Positions 31,409-40,860 of a stretch of DNA of 64,000 nt are shown in pieces. The notes under the pieces are model-generated. The model was not told where the DNA came from and ran no database searches. It saw only the letters and a program-made list of their open reading frames with translations. The DNA lies in contig OY776562.1 in the NCBI GenBank assembly GCA_963675785.1, positions 640,001 through 704,000 on the forward strand, read 5' to 3'. The position numbers and the translations under genes are program-made. The stretch's first letter is position 1. Each line of letters opens with the position of its first letter. Source of the stretch: Anaerolineae bacterium (GTDB lineage: Bacteria > Chloroflexota > Anaerolineae > UBA1429).

Positions 31409-33204
31409 GTTAATTCTGCCCTGGTGTTTCTGGTTGTCATAATGTTCTGCATCTGGGTAGTGGGCAACTCAAAGACAAGTCGTGTTCCAAAGAGGGGTGT
31501 GATCTGACACCAGACTCTGCCGTGATGAAGTCTCGCCAGCGCACGGGCGCAGGCCAAGCCCTGTTCTACGCGCGTAGCTCCATCTGGTCCGGCAATATGT
31601 CTCACGGTGAATAACATTTCCCTCTCATTCTCAGCAATCTGAACATCCTGAGATACCAAAGCTAATTCAATGATATCTCGCCTGTGCACCAATTCTGCAC
31701 GAACCTCAACCACATGATTTGTGGTATTTCTTTCATAAAATGCGCGCAAAAACTCGTAGAATATTCGCTTTAGCGCTGCCTGGTCTGCAAGAACCGGCCC
31801 CAACCTGTCACTGGATACGGCAATGTTCTCATATCCGTTTTCTTCTAGTTTGAGAACGGCGTCTTCCAGTGCCATCTGGGGGGAGATATAGTCCACATCT
31901 AGCTGCCGTGTGCTACAAGTCGATAGGTCCAACATGGCGGAAGCGAGCTGAGCAAGGCGCAACGTGGCACTATCTAGCATGTCCAACGATTCCTTAGTGC
32001 CCCGAAGAATCGTTTCGTCAGGGACGCGGGGAAGGTCAGTCAAATAGTCGGTTAATCTTTCAGAGAGCTCCCCCACAAAACCTTGCATGGTGAGAACGGG
32101 CCCTCTCAAGTCGTGTGCAAAGACATAGCTGTACTCGCGGATCTCGTCAACCGTATTTTCGAGTTCAGAAGCATAGCCAGCCATTTGATCTTCAGCACGT
32201 CGTGTCTGGGTAATATCCTCCAATGTATAAAGATAACCGAGACTTGTCCCTTCCCCATCGTCGAGTTTGTCGATGTTGGCACGCACAACCCGAGTTTGTT
32301 TTTGAAAGGTGGATTGGACGATGCTGAATGTGCTGCTTTGCCCGTCTTTGACGAGTGCCCCGAGATTGGGGAGCGAGTCGGTTACTCTGGTATTCAAGAC
32401 GTCCTGTTCTTGTACCAACAAGAGCCGCAGAGCAGCCTTGTTGATATCCAGAACAATACCCTGGTCGTTTGTGACGATGACACCACTAGGCATCTTGTCG
32501 ATAATGCTGGCACGTGCCAGGGGGATGACTGCCAAAAGGCGGTGCCGATATAATCCCCAGGCCATGATGGCACTGCCAGCACCCAGTGCCATCGGTGTAG
32601 GATCAATAAAACCCCAAAGATCCAGATTCAGCAGGTGGGCAACATTGCCACCCCATGCAAAAAGTTGCGCCATCAATACAGAAAGCATACCCTTTTTGAT
32701 CGATAGATGAGACGAGTAACCTTCTTTGATCAACAAAAGGGTTCCGAGAGCGAGTAGCACGTATGTGTAAGCGGCGTTGATGTAAAACAGAGGTCCGTAA
32801 TCATAGGTAAATTTGGCTAGTTCTTTGGTCCCGTCCCAATAAAGTGCGGGATAGAACAGATGGTGATATTCGTTCGTCCAGACGATGATAAGTGTTATTA
32901 CCATGCCAACGATTAAGAAAAAATGCAGGCGCTTGTTACGCGTTTTTGGTTGTTGTGTATATCCGCGAATGGCCAATAGCCAAAAGGGTGGAACCAATGT
33001 GATGCCAAAATATTGAAGGCGAGTCCAAAAGTAAGCTGATACCGGAGTGGTTGCAGTCAGTTCCAGGGCATAGGCAATGGTCCACCAGGAGCTTGCCAAG
33101 AGCAAGACACCAAAATGGCCGGCAGCAACGAGTCGACGATGTTGCCACAAATAGATTCCAACGGCTGCGCACAGGGCCCCGGCGATGTAGATCGATGCAA
33201 TCAC
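31405..33204 (-). CDS. 7TM (HisKA_7TM-type)-PAS histidine kinase-like protein with a degenerate ATPase domain
   Basis: N-terminal 7TM (WTNEYHHLFY), PAS, AHDLRGP; N, G1 and G2 boxes not recognisable. Confidence 0.8.
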   Translation of the reverse strand: MIASIYIAGALCAAVGIYLWQHRRLVAAGHFGVLLLASSWWTIAYALELTATTPVSAYFWTRLQYFGITLVPPFWLLAIRGYTQQPKTRNKRLHFFLIVGMVITLIIVWTNEYHHLFYPALYWDGTKELAKFTYDYGPLFYINAAYTYVLLALGTLLLIKEGYSSHLSIKKGMLSVLMAQLFAWGGNVAHLLNLDLWGFIDPTPMALGAGSAIMAWGLYRHRLLAVIPLARASIIDKMPSGVIVTNDQGIVLDINKAALRLLLVQEQDVLNTRVTDSLPNLGALVKDGQSSTFSIVQSTFQKQTRVVRANIDKLDDGEGTSLGYLYTLEDITQTRRAEDQMAGYASELENTVDEIREYSYVFAHDLRGPVLTMQGFVGELSERLTDYLTDLPRVPDETILRGTKESLDMLDSATLRLAQLASAMLDLSTCSTRQLDVDYISPQMALEDAVLKLEENGYENIAVSSDRLGPVLADQAALKRIFYEFLRAFYERNTTNHVVEVRAELVHRRDIIELALVSQDVQIAENEREMLFTVRHIAGPDGATRVEQGLACARALARLHHGRVWCQITPLFGTRLVFELPTTQMQNIMTTRNTRAELT

Positions 33205-33465
33205 AGTGTCAACCTTTCAAACAATGGCTGAATTCATGCTTTTCTACCACGATACGACTATATGTGAGTTGTTATATTCACACAATAGGTTTACGAGCGA
33301 TTTAACAGATAGTTTATGCCCAGGGACTGTGCAAAATCGGTAAGGACGCTTATTTTACCTTGTTTGAGATTTGGATTGAGTGACCTGACTAGGCATATAC
33401 GAAGTCCCACCAATATGATAAAATACAAGAGTAGTGTATTTACCGTCCTAACAAGGAGGCTGTAC

Positions 33466-33870
33466 ATGACAAAGCTACAAACCATCGAGGGAATTGGCGA
33501 CGAGTACGCGAGGAGATTGGTTGAAGCCAGTATCGATTCAGTCGAGGCGTTATTGCAGGCTGGATCTACGCCTGCTGGCCGGAAGAAGGTCAGTGAGGAT
33601 GCCGATGTAAGCGGTACACTTGTTCTCGAATGGGTGAATCGTGCTGACTTGTATCGAGTGCCCGGTATTCAGGAAGAATATTCGGATCTGCTCGAAGCGG
33701 CCGGTGTGGATACAGTGCCAGAACTCGCTCAGCGTAACCCGGATAACCTTTTTGATACGCTTCAAGTGGTGAATGAGGAAAAGAAGCTCGTTCGTAGATT
33801 GCCCAGTCGTGGGCAGGTTGCGAATTGGGTTGCCAGTGCCAAAGAGCTTCCACGTATTGTGACATACTAG
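33466..33870 (+). CDS. DUF4332 family helix-hairpin-helix protein
   Basis: IEGIG, WVNRADL.R..GI...YSDLLEAAGVDTVPELAQRN; AAGGAGG RBS. Confidence 0.9.
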   Translation: MTKLQTIEGIGDEYARRLVEASIDSVEALLQAGSTPAGRKKVSEDADVSGTLVLEWVNRADLYRVPGIQEEYSDLLEAAGVDTVPELAQRNPDNLFDTLQVVNEEKKLVRRLPSRGQVANWVASAKELPRIVTY

Positions 33871-33891
33871 GGCCCATACTGAGGAATACAC

Positions 33892-33925
33892 GAGGCAGAA
33901 CCTAACAGGGTTCTGCCTCCTTTTA
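33892..33925 (+). terminator. Intrinsic terminator
   Basis: GAGGCAGAACC-taacag-GGTTCTGCCTC then CTTTT. Confidence 0.8.
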
Positions 33926-33926
33926 T

Positions 33927-34949
33927 TTACCGATAGCTAATCCGAACGTTGCTGTTCTGGAGGGTATCCCTGATCAGAGAAGCGAGTTCAGCCATATGTT
34001 GCGGCGATGGGGCTTTTATGTCATCTAGCAAATAGTCTTGCCCAAGTCGGGTGCGTTTCTCTACGCCCAGCTTGTGGTATCCCAATAGTTCGACCGCCTG
34101 TACCGCCGGAAGCATATTTTCTTGAACAAAATGGGCAGTCGAAGAGATATTTTCCTCGCTATCATTGATGCCAGGAATGATGGGGATGCGAATCCAGATG
34201 CCCTCGTTTTCATCCCGGGCATTAGCCCTCTCGCTGGCTAACCGCGTAGCGTTCTCCAAGATGCTCTTGTTAGAGACGCCCGTATACCGTCTGTGTTGTT
34301 CGTCATCCATGTGCTTGAGATCCAACAGCACGAGGTCAGCGCTGGTGCTGACTTGGTGCAAGCGTTCCCAAGGGCCAAAGCCCGTTGTGTCGAGGGCGGT
34401 GTGGATACCATTCGCCTGGCACATGATGAGCAGATTTTGGGCAAAGTCAGCCTGATAAAGCGGCTCGCCCCCCGTAATCGTAACACCCCCGCCAGAAGCG
34501 GTGTAAAAGGCGCGATCCAGCGCAATCTGGTCAAAAACATGCCGAACGCTCATCTCTTTGCCGACGAATTCCAAGGCTTGTGCATAACATACATCGGCGC
34601 AGGCGCCACAACGCTGACATAGGTCGATGTTATAACAACGGCGAATGCTGGCGATTTGCTCACTCTGCACCTGGGCATCGCGCGCCAGGCGTTCCCCATT
34701 GGCATCCTCAAACCACAGCGCCTCGGTGGGGCAGGCGCGGTAACAGGCCAGGTCGGCGATACAGCGGCTGGCATAGTACATTAGCTCTGGCCGAGGATCG
34801 ATGGATTCTGGGTTATGGCACCAGGCGCAATGTAGATAGCAGCCTTTTAAGAAAACTGCCGTACGAATGCCCGGCCCATCATGTGTGGCTGAACGTTCGA
34901 TATCAAAGACGATGCCCCGCATCTGCGATTGGTAATGGCTTGTCGTCAT
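33927..34949 (-). CDS. Glycyl-radical enzyme activating protein (radical SAM, with ferredoxin-like insert)
   Basis: HDGPGIRT.VFLKGC.LHCAWCHNPES, GGVTITGGEP; overlaps the GRE stop (ATGA). Confidence 0.95.
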   Translation of the reverse strand: MTTSHYQSQMRGIVFDIERSATHDGPGIRTAVFLKGCYLHCAWCHNPESIDPRPELMYYASRCIADLACYRACPTEALWFEDANGERLARDAQVQSEQIASIRRCYNIDLCQRCGACADVCYAQALEFVGKEMSVRHVFDQIALDRAFYTASGGGVTITGGEPLYQADFAQNLLIMCQANGIHTALDTTGFGPWERLHQVSTSADLVLLDLKHMDDEQHRRYTGVSNKSILENATRLASERANARDENEGIWIRIPIIPGINDSEENISSTAHFVQENMLPAVQAVELLGYHKLGVEKRTRLGQDYLLDDIKAPSPQHMAELASLIRDTLQNSNVRISYR

Positions 34950-37189
34950 GCGCTCTTCTCGTCGATGATGCGATCGACAACCAACTGCCTGAAAGCGGGT
35001 GAAAGGCTTGCGAAATAAGCCGAGAATCCGGTGACGCGAACCACCAGGTCAGGGTGCAACGAGGGGTCGCGGTGAGCCTCAAGAACTTTGGCCGAGTCCA
35101 TGATGTTCATATTGATCTGGGTTCCTCCCAAGCGAAAATGGGTGAGGATCAAGTTCATCACATAATCCACACCGCCTTCTTCTCGAGAGAGCATGGGGTC
35201 TAGTTCGATCTGCATGGGTGCGGCGTTGCCGTGCCCTGGTTGTACGCCTGCGATAGAGGCAGCCAGTGCTGTGGCGGCGCCGTCCTTACGAAAGCCTGGA
35301 TCGGGATTGGCACCGTGGGATATGGGTGCACCAGCAGGGCGGCCGTTGGGGGTTGCCCCCAATATTTTGCCCATGGAGATCGTATTCGCCCAGGAAAAGA
35401 TGCCCGGAATCATCTTGAATCCGTTCGGCGTCGTCTTTTCGGTGATCAATCGAGTCAGCATTTCCGAGACACGCAAGGCGTACTCGTCAGCCAGGGTGCC
35501 GCCCATGCCATAGTGCGGCACGCTCTTCATCATCAGCCGCTTTAGCTCGCCCTCGCGACCGGCCCAGTCGTTATCGAGAGATTCGATCAACTCTTGCCAG
35601 GAGAGACGTCGTTCTTGAATGATGCGCTGCTCAATGGCGGCCAGGGAATCTACGGCAGTGGCAAAGCCGGCCACATCGAGACAGATGTTATACTCGTCTA
35701 CGCCGCCATATGAGGCATCCAGCCCCCGCTCGATGGGGCCGTGGCAGAGCAAGTCGAGAACGAGTTCGGGAAAGACCTCGTGCATGTGGGCCATCTGAAA
35801 GTCGATGCTCTGAGCGGTGCCGAGTACAGCAGCCCTGAAATGATCTTCCAGATGTTCCCACAGCGGCTGCATACTACCGGCTGTCTCCCAGCCGGTGGGC
35901 ATATCGTGGATGGCCACATCCAACACGCGGGCAATGTTGATCTTGATGCAGTCGTTCATGGTGTATTCCCGGCCGGGCAGGGCAGACCAGTGGCACCCCG
36001 AATAGGCGCGCTGTCGGGCTGTTTCCAGGTCATAGCCATTGCGGCAGTACCCAGCGATGGAGGCGTCGGTGCCCAGGAACTTGGGGATGCCTAACTTGTC
36101 TTCAAAGAGAATCTCGACACCCTTGCGCAGTGTGCCCGTGTCACAGCCTTCGGCCACAGCTACAGCGAGGTTGCAAGGTATCTTGAGCCGATGTGTTGCT
36201 TCGAGGATGAGGTAAGACAGATGGGTGGTGACATCGCGACCATCTTTGTCCGGCCCGCCGATTTGCAGATAGGCCGTATCCCGCGCGAACAAGCAGGCTA
36301 GATAAAAGATGGCTTCCTCGTCGTTCAGCGTGCCCGCTTGCGTTTCGGCATCGTAATAAGGCTGCAAGAGTACGTCCAGCCGCCCCAATGAGCCGCTACC
36401 ATTGTACATGCGTGCGGCCATCTGAAACCAGAGCATCCACTGGCAGGCTTCGCGAAAGGTGGTTGGCGGTTCGCTGACCAATCGCTCGTTGATCTCAGCC
36501 ATCTCCAGCAGGTTTTGACGAACGGACGCATTCACTTCCGCGGCAGCCAACCGTCGTGCCTCGGCGGCGTTGTTGGCAATCCAGGCTTGCATACCGATGA
36601 CCACGTCGGCCAAGCCGTTGTAGAATTCGGCGCTTTCGGGGTGCTGCTGCCGCCCCTCGTCAATGCGCTCTTTGATTTGTCCCCAGCCCTGCGCGAGACC
36701 GATGGCTAAATCCTGGCAAAAGTGCTGCTTGGCGCCAATAGCCCCCTCGAGCTGATATTTGGCTCTGACGGGTTTGAGGTCCTCATAGCTGAATTCAGGC
36801 TTCCAATCGACAGCGCGATAGGACAAGAAATTGACCATGTAGCCACCAGCCAGCGCGCTCATGGGGTCGATATAGGTGGGATGATTCTCCAACAAACGGC
36901 GGTAATTGGCACCAGTCGCCCTGGCTCCATAAAAGCTGCCGTTTTCGTGGTTGGGTATGATCTCGATGCCGTCCAGCAGTACGTCGGTGATGGGCATTCC
37001 CGAGCCGCTGATGGTTTCTACCAGCTTGCGCCGCTCTGCTGGGGGCAGGATCAAGGCGTGATCGTCGTGATCCATCGCGCCGACGACCTGTTGCTTTTCT
37101 TGTGTCTGGGCCATTTTGGTCTCGCGGATGGCGCGTATTCTGGCGTCATAGCTATAGTCGAGTTTTGATTCTGCCATGTGGATTTTCAT
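34946..37189 (-). CDS. Glycyl radical enzyme (PFL superfamily), substrate unknown
   Basis: LVVRVTGFSAYF glycine loop, GATPNGR, P.TFREACQ, SLGRLD; Cys loop YSGCHW. Confidence 0.93.
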   Translation of the reverse strand: MKIHMAESKLDYSYDARIRAIRETKMAQTQEKQQVVGAMDHDDHALILPPAERRKLVETISGSGMPITDVLLDGIEIIPNHENGSFYGARATGANYRRLLENHPTYIDPMSALAGGYMVNFLSYRAVDWKPEFSYEDLKPVRAKYQLEGAIGAKQHFCQDLAIGLAQGWGQIKERIDEGRQQHPESAEFYNGLADVVIGMQAWIANNAAEARRLAAAEVNASVRQNLLEMAEINERLVSEPPTTFREACQWMLWFQMAARMYNGSGSLGRLDVLLQPYYDAETQAGTLNDEEAIFYLACLFARDTAYLQIGGPDKDGRDVTTHLSYLILEATHRLKIPCNLAVAVAEGCDTGTLRKGVEILFEDKLGIPKFLGTDASIAGYCRNGYDLETARQRAYSGCHWSALPGREYTMNDCIKINIARVLDVAIHDMPTGWETAGSMQPLWEHLEDHFRAAVLGTAQSIDFQMAHMHEVFPELVLDLLCHGPIERGLDASYGGVDEYNICLDVAGFATAVDSLAAIEQRIIQERRLSWQELIESLDNDWAGREGELKRLMMKSVPHYGMGGTLADEYALRVSEMLTRLITEKTTPNGFKMIPGIFSWANTISMGKILGATPNGRPAGAPISHGANPDPGFRKDGAATALAASIAGVQPGHGNAAPMQIELDPMLSREEGGVDYVMNLILTHFRLGGTQINMNIMDSAKVLEAHRDPSLHPDLVVRVTGFSAYFASLSPAFRQLVVDRIIDEKSA

Positions 37190-37257
37190 GCGCACCTTTC
37201 ATCGTGCGGTTCGTTCGGATGATGTGACCGTTGAAATAGCACACCCCAGTGGCTGTG

Positions 37258-39165
37258 TCAATCGACAGGTTGGAGAGTATCTCTCTGGGGGCTGGGCACG
37301 TGAATGTCCAGACGGGTCAACGTTTGAGGCGCGGGGATACCCTGGTGATCATAGCCGGCCAAACGGTAGTAGCGATCCAGCATCTTGTCGAGCTTGACGG
37401 GCTGCCCTTGGTTAGAACCTTCCGGCGTCTCACTGGTAAGGCGTGCCGGTAGTGTATCGTCCTGGCGGGTAACGCCGCGCTGTGTGTTCAGGTAGCGCTC
37501 GAGGGTGTGGATGCGCTCTCCCGCTTCCAGAAACTCGCTCGCGGTCAAGGGAATGCCGGTAATGGCCGTATAGAGCTGGGCGTAGGGGGATACATCAAAT
37601 AGCTTGACCGTGAGGCTTGGGGCTGCCCACAAAGCGACGGACTTGGCCCAATTGGGGGTTAGACGGATGAGTGGTGCTTGTAGTAGATAAGCATAGGCGG
37701 TAAAGAGGCAGGTTTGTAATGAATTGAGCGCCGCATACAGCCGGTTGAAAAAGAAAACCATTTCAGCTTTACCGCGTGTACCTTGGGGGTTCTGAAGCCC
37801 AAGAAAGGATTCAAGCACGAATGAAGTGGCTGTGAGGTGGCATCCCCCGCGATTCGATACCGCATAAGCCAGACCTTGTCCCCAGGCACTGCGCGGGTCA
37901 TAAGCGGGCAGTTCCATACCCTTGACCTGGATAGCAAAAGACTCGCCGCCGTACTTGGCCGCTAGCCAACGTGAGCCGTTGGCCAGTTCATCACCTAGGC
38001 CGTTACGGTGTGCCGTCTGTTCAATGGCCCTACTCATCTCCTCGGCATTGCCAAAGTGGAGGGGCCAATCGAGGAGCCCTCGTTCGGTTGCCTCGGCAGC
38101 GTAAGCCAGCGTACCGCCCATGGAGATAGTGTCCATGCCCAGTTCGTCGCACTGCTCGCCCAATTGGCGCACAGCCTCGCGTTCCAGAATTCCCAGGTTG
38201 GGGCCTAGCAGACCAACCGTCTCGTACTCTGGGATTTTCACTCGTCGTCCATCGACTGTTGTACCGCTGTGCCCGCAGAGGATAGCGCAGGTTCGGCAAG
38301 CATGGGGTTTGGCATTATAGGCTTGGGCCCACACCGAGCCCGCCAGGCCATCGATATCGGCATTCCCACCCCGGAAATTGCGCACGGGCAAAAGCCCGGC
38401 CTCCTGGCAGATGGCCAGATTAGCCAGCGTCCCCTGTTGCCGGTAAAGCCTCCCCGTATATACGTTGTCGTTCAGATAGGTAATGAGCTTGGTGCGGAGT
38501 GCCATCAGCATTTCAGGGTCTACCGGGACGATCTTTTCCTTCGTTCCGCGAATGCTGATGGCTTTGACACCCTTGGCTCCCAAGACAGCGCCAAACCCGG
38601 CTCGCCCCAGAAAGCGCGTGCCGCAGGCTATGTTGGCATAGCGGACCTGGTTCTCTCCCGCGGGGCCAATGACCAGGGCACTGTCGTTTCGCCCGAGCGC
38701 GAGTGCATTTGTCGTCGCTGTGGTCGAGAGGCCCAATAATGAGGAAGCATCATGAAAGGCAACGCCGTTTTCGCTGATTTCGATGTGCAGGGGCACATCT
38801 GTTGCCCCCCGAAGAATGAGCCCATCCAATGAAAGCGACTTGAGTGCCAAACCGAAATCACCTCCGCAGGAGGCAGAGGCCACCAGGTTTGTTAGCGGTG
38901 AGAGGGATACGGCTGAAAAGCGGCTGGAACAGGGCATGCCGCTGCCAGCGAGAATGCCGGGCATGAGGATAAAGGGATTATCTGGATCCAGGGGCATTGT
39001 TTGGGGAGTGACAAGGCGCGAGAGCAGTAACAGGCCCAACCCTTTACCGCCCAGGTAGCGGCGTCGGTCGTCGGGTGCAACCTGCATCGTCGATGTCGAT
39101 TGTGTTGAAAGGTCGATTGAAAGAACCTGATTGTTTATGGGATTCATGTATATCGCAGACTGCAT
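37258..39165 (-). CDS. aor: Aldehyde:ferredoxin oxidoreductase (W/Mo-pterin)
   Basis: YLGGKGLG, IGPAGEN, GRAGFGAV.G.K, CRTCAILC, PEYET, CDELGMDTIS, RGGCH. Confidence 0.93.
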   Translation of the reverse strand: MQSAIYMNPINNQVLSIDLSTQSTSTMQVAPDDRRRYLGGKGLGLLLLSRLVTPQTMPLDPDNPFILMPGILAGSGMPCSSRFSAVSLSPLTNLVASASCGGDFGLALKSLSLDGLILRGATDVPLHIEISENGVAFHDASSLLGLSTTATTNALALGRNDSALVIGPAGENQVRYANIACGTRFLGRAGFGAVLGAKGVKAISIRGTKEKIVPVDPEMLMALRTKLITYLNDNVYTGRLYRQQGTLANLAICQEAGLLPVRNFRGGNADIDGLAGSVWAQAYNAKPHACRTCAILCGHSGTTVDGRRVKIPEYETVGLLGPNLGILEREAVRQLGEQCDELGMDTISMGGTLAYAAEATERGLLDWPLHFGNAEEMSRAIEQTAHRNGLGDELANGSRWLAAKYGGESFAIQVKGMELPAYDPRSAWGQGLAYAVSNRGGCHLTATSFVLESFLGLQNPQGTRGKAEMVFFFNRLYAALNSLQTCLFTAYAYLLQAPLIRLTPNWAKSVALWAAPSLTVKLFDVSPYAQLYTAITGIPLTASEFLEAGERIHTLERYLNTQRGVTRQDDTLPARLTSETPEGSNQGQPVKLDKMLDRYYRLAGYDHQGIPAPQTLTRLDIHVPSPQRDTLQPVD

Positions 39166-39381
39166 GACGGATTGATTCGCTCATCATGTCACCGACCAGG
39201 GATGCCGTCAACTAGAAGGTTGAATGGCTACCCGGCCGTGCTTTGCGCATTGGACTCTGATATTCAAACACAAAAAGGGGGAGGGTAGATGCGCTACAAG
39301 CGCCGATAGTTTGCCAAGTAGGAGAACTGGTGGCGGCGTGGCTGGATCAAAGACGAATTTCACCGCCACCAGAAGGGGCAT

Positions 39382-39585
39382 CTATTGCGCGGTTTGCAGG
39401 GTGATGATGGTCTGTTGTTCACTGGGGATCAGAGTGATGCGAGAAACATGGCCGCCTATAGGTGCATGTACGGCTTGATCATCGCTGATGCCGAGGTACT
39501 GACCTTTAACCACTTGATGAGAGAGCAATCTGAGTGTCGGGCTATCCACACGAATACACAGGCAATCTGTCAGATGATCCTTCAT
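39382..39585 (-). CDS. Small barrel-sandwich-hybrid (lipoyl/RnfC-N-like) protein
   Basis: AGGAGG RBS; VVKGQYLG..VHAPIGGHVSRI; paralog at 42611-42820. Confidence 0.7.
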   Translation of the reverse strand: MKDHLTDCLCIRVDSPTLRLLSHQVVKGQYLGISDDQAVHAPIGGHVSRITLIPSEQQTIITLQTAQ

Positions 39586-39612
39586 GTGCGCCTCCTGTTA
39601 CCTAGTTAATCG

Positions 39613-40791
39613 CTACTTTGCGGATAACGTCTCCATATTGGGGCTAGGGTCTTGATCTTGTCGTGCTGCTGGTTTGTGTGAGACGAACAAGAACCCGCCG
39701 ACCAAAGCGGTAAAGGGAGCCACAGTGACCAAGCCAAAACTGCCAACCAGTGTTTTGACGATCTCGGCGGTTACATAATTGGTGTTGATGATAAAGAGTG
39801 GGGGAGTGCCCTGGGCCATGAACAACATCAACAGGGCCATGTACCCCGAGATGTAGGCCATCAGCAGCGTTGTTACCATCGTGCTGGTCATTGCTCGGCC
39901 TACCTCAAAGCCCGATTTGATCATTTCTCCGCGGGAAAGATCAGGTCGTTTGCGAATCACTTCGGCCATAGAGGCAGAGACATCGATGGCAATATCCATC
40001 ACACCACCTGATGCCCCCACAAAGACTGCGGCTACAAAGATGGCATTCAAATCTAGATCAGCAAAGCCGGAGTAGAGCAATGTTTCCGAGTAGGGTTGGA
40101 TCGCGCCGCTCAGTTTGAGTGTGGGCAACATGAGGATGGCCAAAGCGCAGGTTAGGCCTATGCCCAACAGTGCACCCAGAATAGCGACGAGCGCACGCCG
40201 GTTTACACCCGATACAAGACATAGCGTCGATACCGAGATCACAGCGACGAGCAGCAACGAAATGATGATGGGGTCCCAACGATCGAGGATGGCTGGCAGC
40301 CACAGCCGCCAGATGAGGATGATGGCAAAGGCAAAAGAGAGTAATGCTCGCAGGCCGCCCCAACCGGCAAAGGCAATGAGCGCGCCACCGAACAAAAGGA
40401 GCAGAATAAGCTCGGTATCGGCACGGTAGTGGTCATAAGCGGTGACGTTGGTAACGACTCCTCCCGCTTGCTGGATCACCACCAAGCATTCATCGCCTAT
40501 CTGAAAAATCTTGTCGGTTTCCATCTTACCCAGCAGGATATTGACTGCCTGCAAGATCTGTCCTTTGAGTTCGCCCGTCTCGATGCGCACTTGGACGACC
40601 TGTTCGCCCTGTTTGATGATGCCGAACTGTTGAATGTTGCTGTCATCTACTGCGACAACGACTGCGCGCTGCCGATCGACATTTTGGACATAGGCACTCT
40701 CAAAGGGGCTGGGAACGACGAGGACGATGGCAGTGAGTAGGATGATCAAAAGTGAGAAGAGAGCCTGTCGATTATTCAAGAGCTTTTTCAT
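39613..40791 (-). CDS. YibE/F family membrane protein
   Basis: SGGVMDIAIDV, TMVTTLLMAY..G, AEIVKTLVGS.GL...P.T. Confidence 0.9.
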   Translation of the reverse strand: MKKLLNNRQALFSLLIILLTAIVLVVPSPFESAYVQNVDRQRAVVVAVDDSNIQQFGIIKQGEQVVQVRIETGELKGQILQAVNILLGKMETDKIFQIGDECLVVIQQAGGVVTNVTAYDHYRADTELILLLLFGGALIAFAGWGGLRALLSFAFAIILIWRLWLPAILDRWDPIIISLLLVAVISVSTLCLVSGVNRRALVAILGALLGIGLTCALAILMLPTLKLSGAIQPYSETLLYSGFADLDLNAIFVAAVFVGASGGVMDIAIDVSASMAEVIRKRPDLSRGEMIKSGFEVGRAMTSTMVTTLLMAYISGYMALLMLFMAQGTPPLFIINTNYVTAEIVKTLVGSFGLVTVAPFTALVGGFLFVSHKPAARQDQDPSPNMETLSAK

Positions 40792-40860
40792 ACGTTTGCC
40801 TTTTGCTGGCAGTTGGGAGAGGAGCTTGAGGCTTTCTCCCAACTGCCATGTGCCAATTGA

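Noticed and set aside
39170-39380. Possible c-di-GMP-I or Moco/Tuco riboswitch upstream of aor (GGCAAAC and CGCAAAGC on the minus strand; 10 bp inverted repeat 39327-39336 with 39363-39372)
   Set aside because: The two motifs are about 60 nt apart with no GNRA-capped stem between them, and I see no convincing Moco consensus. An Rfam scan is needed to settle it.
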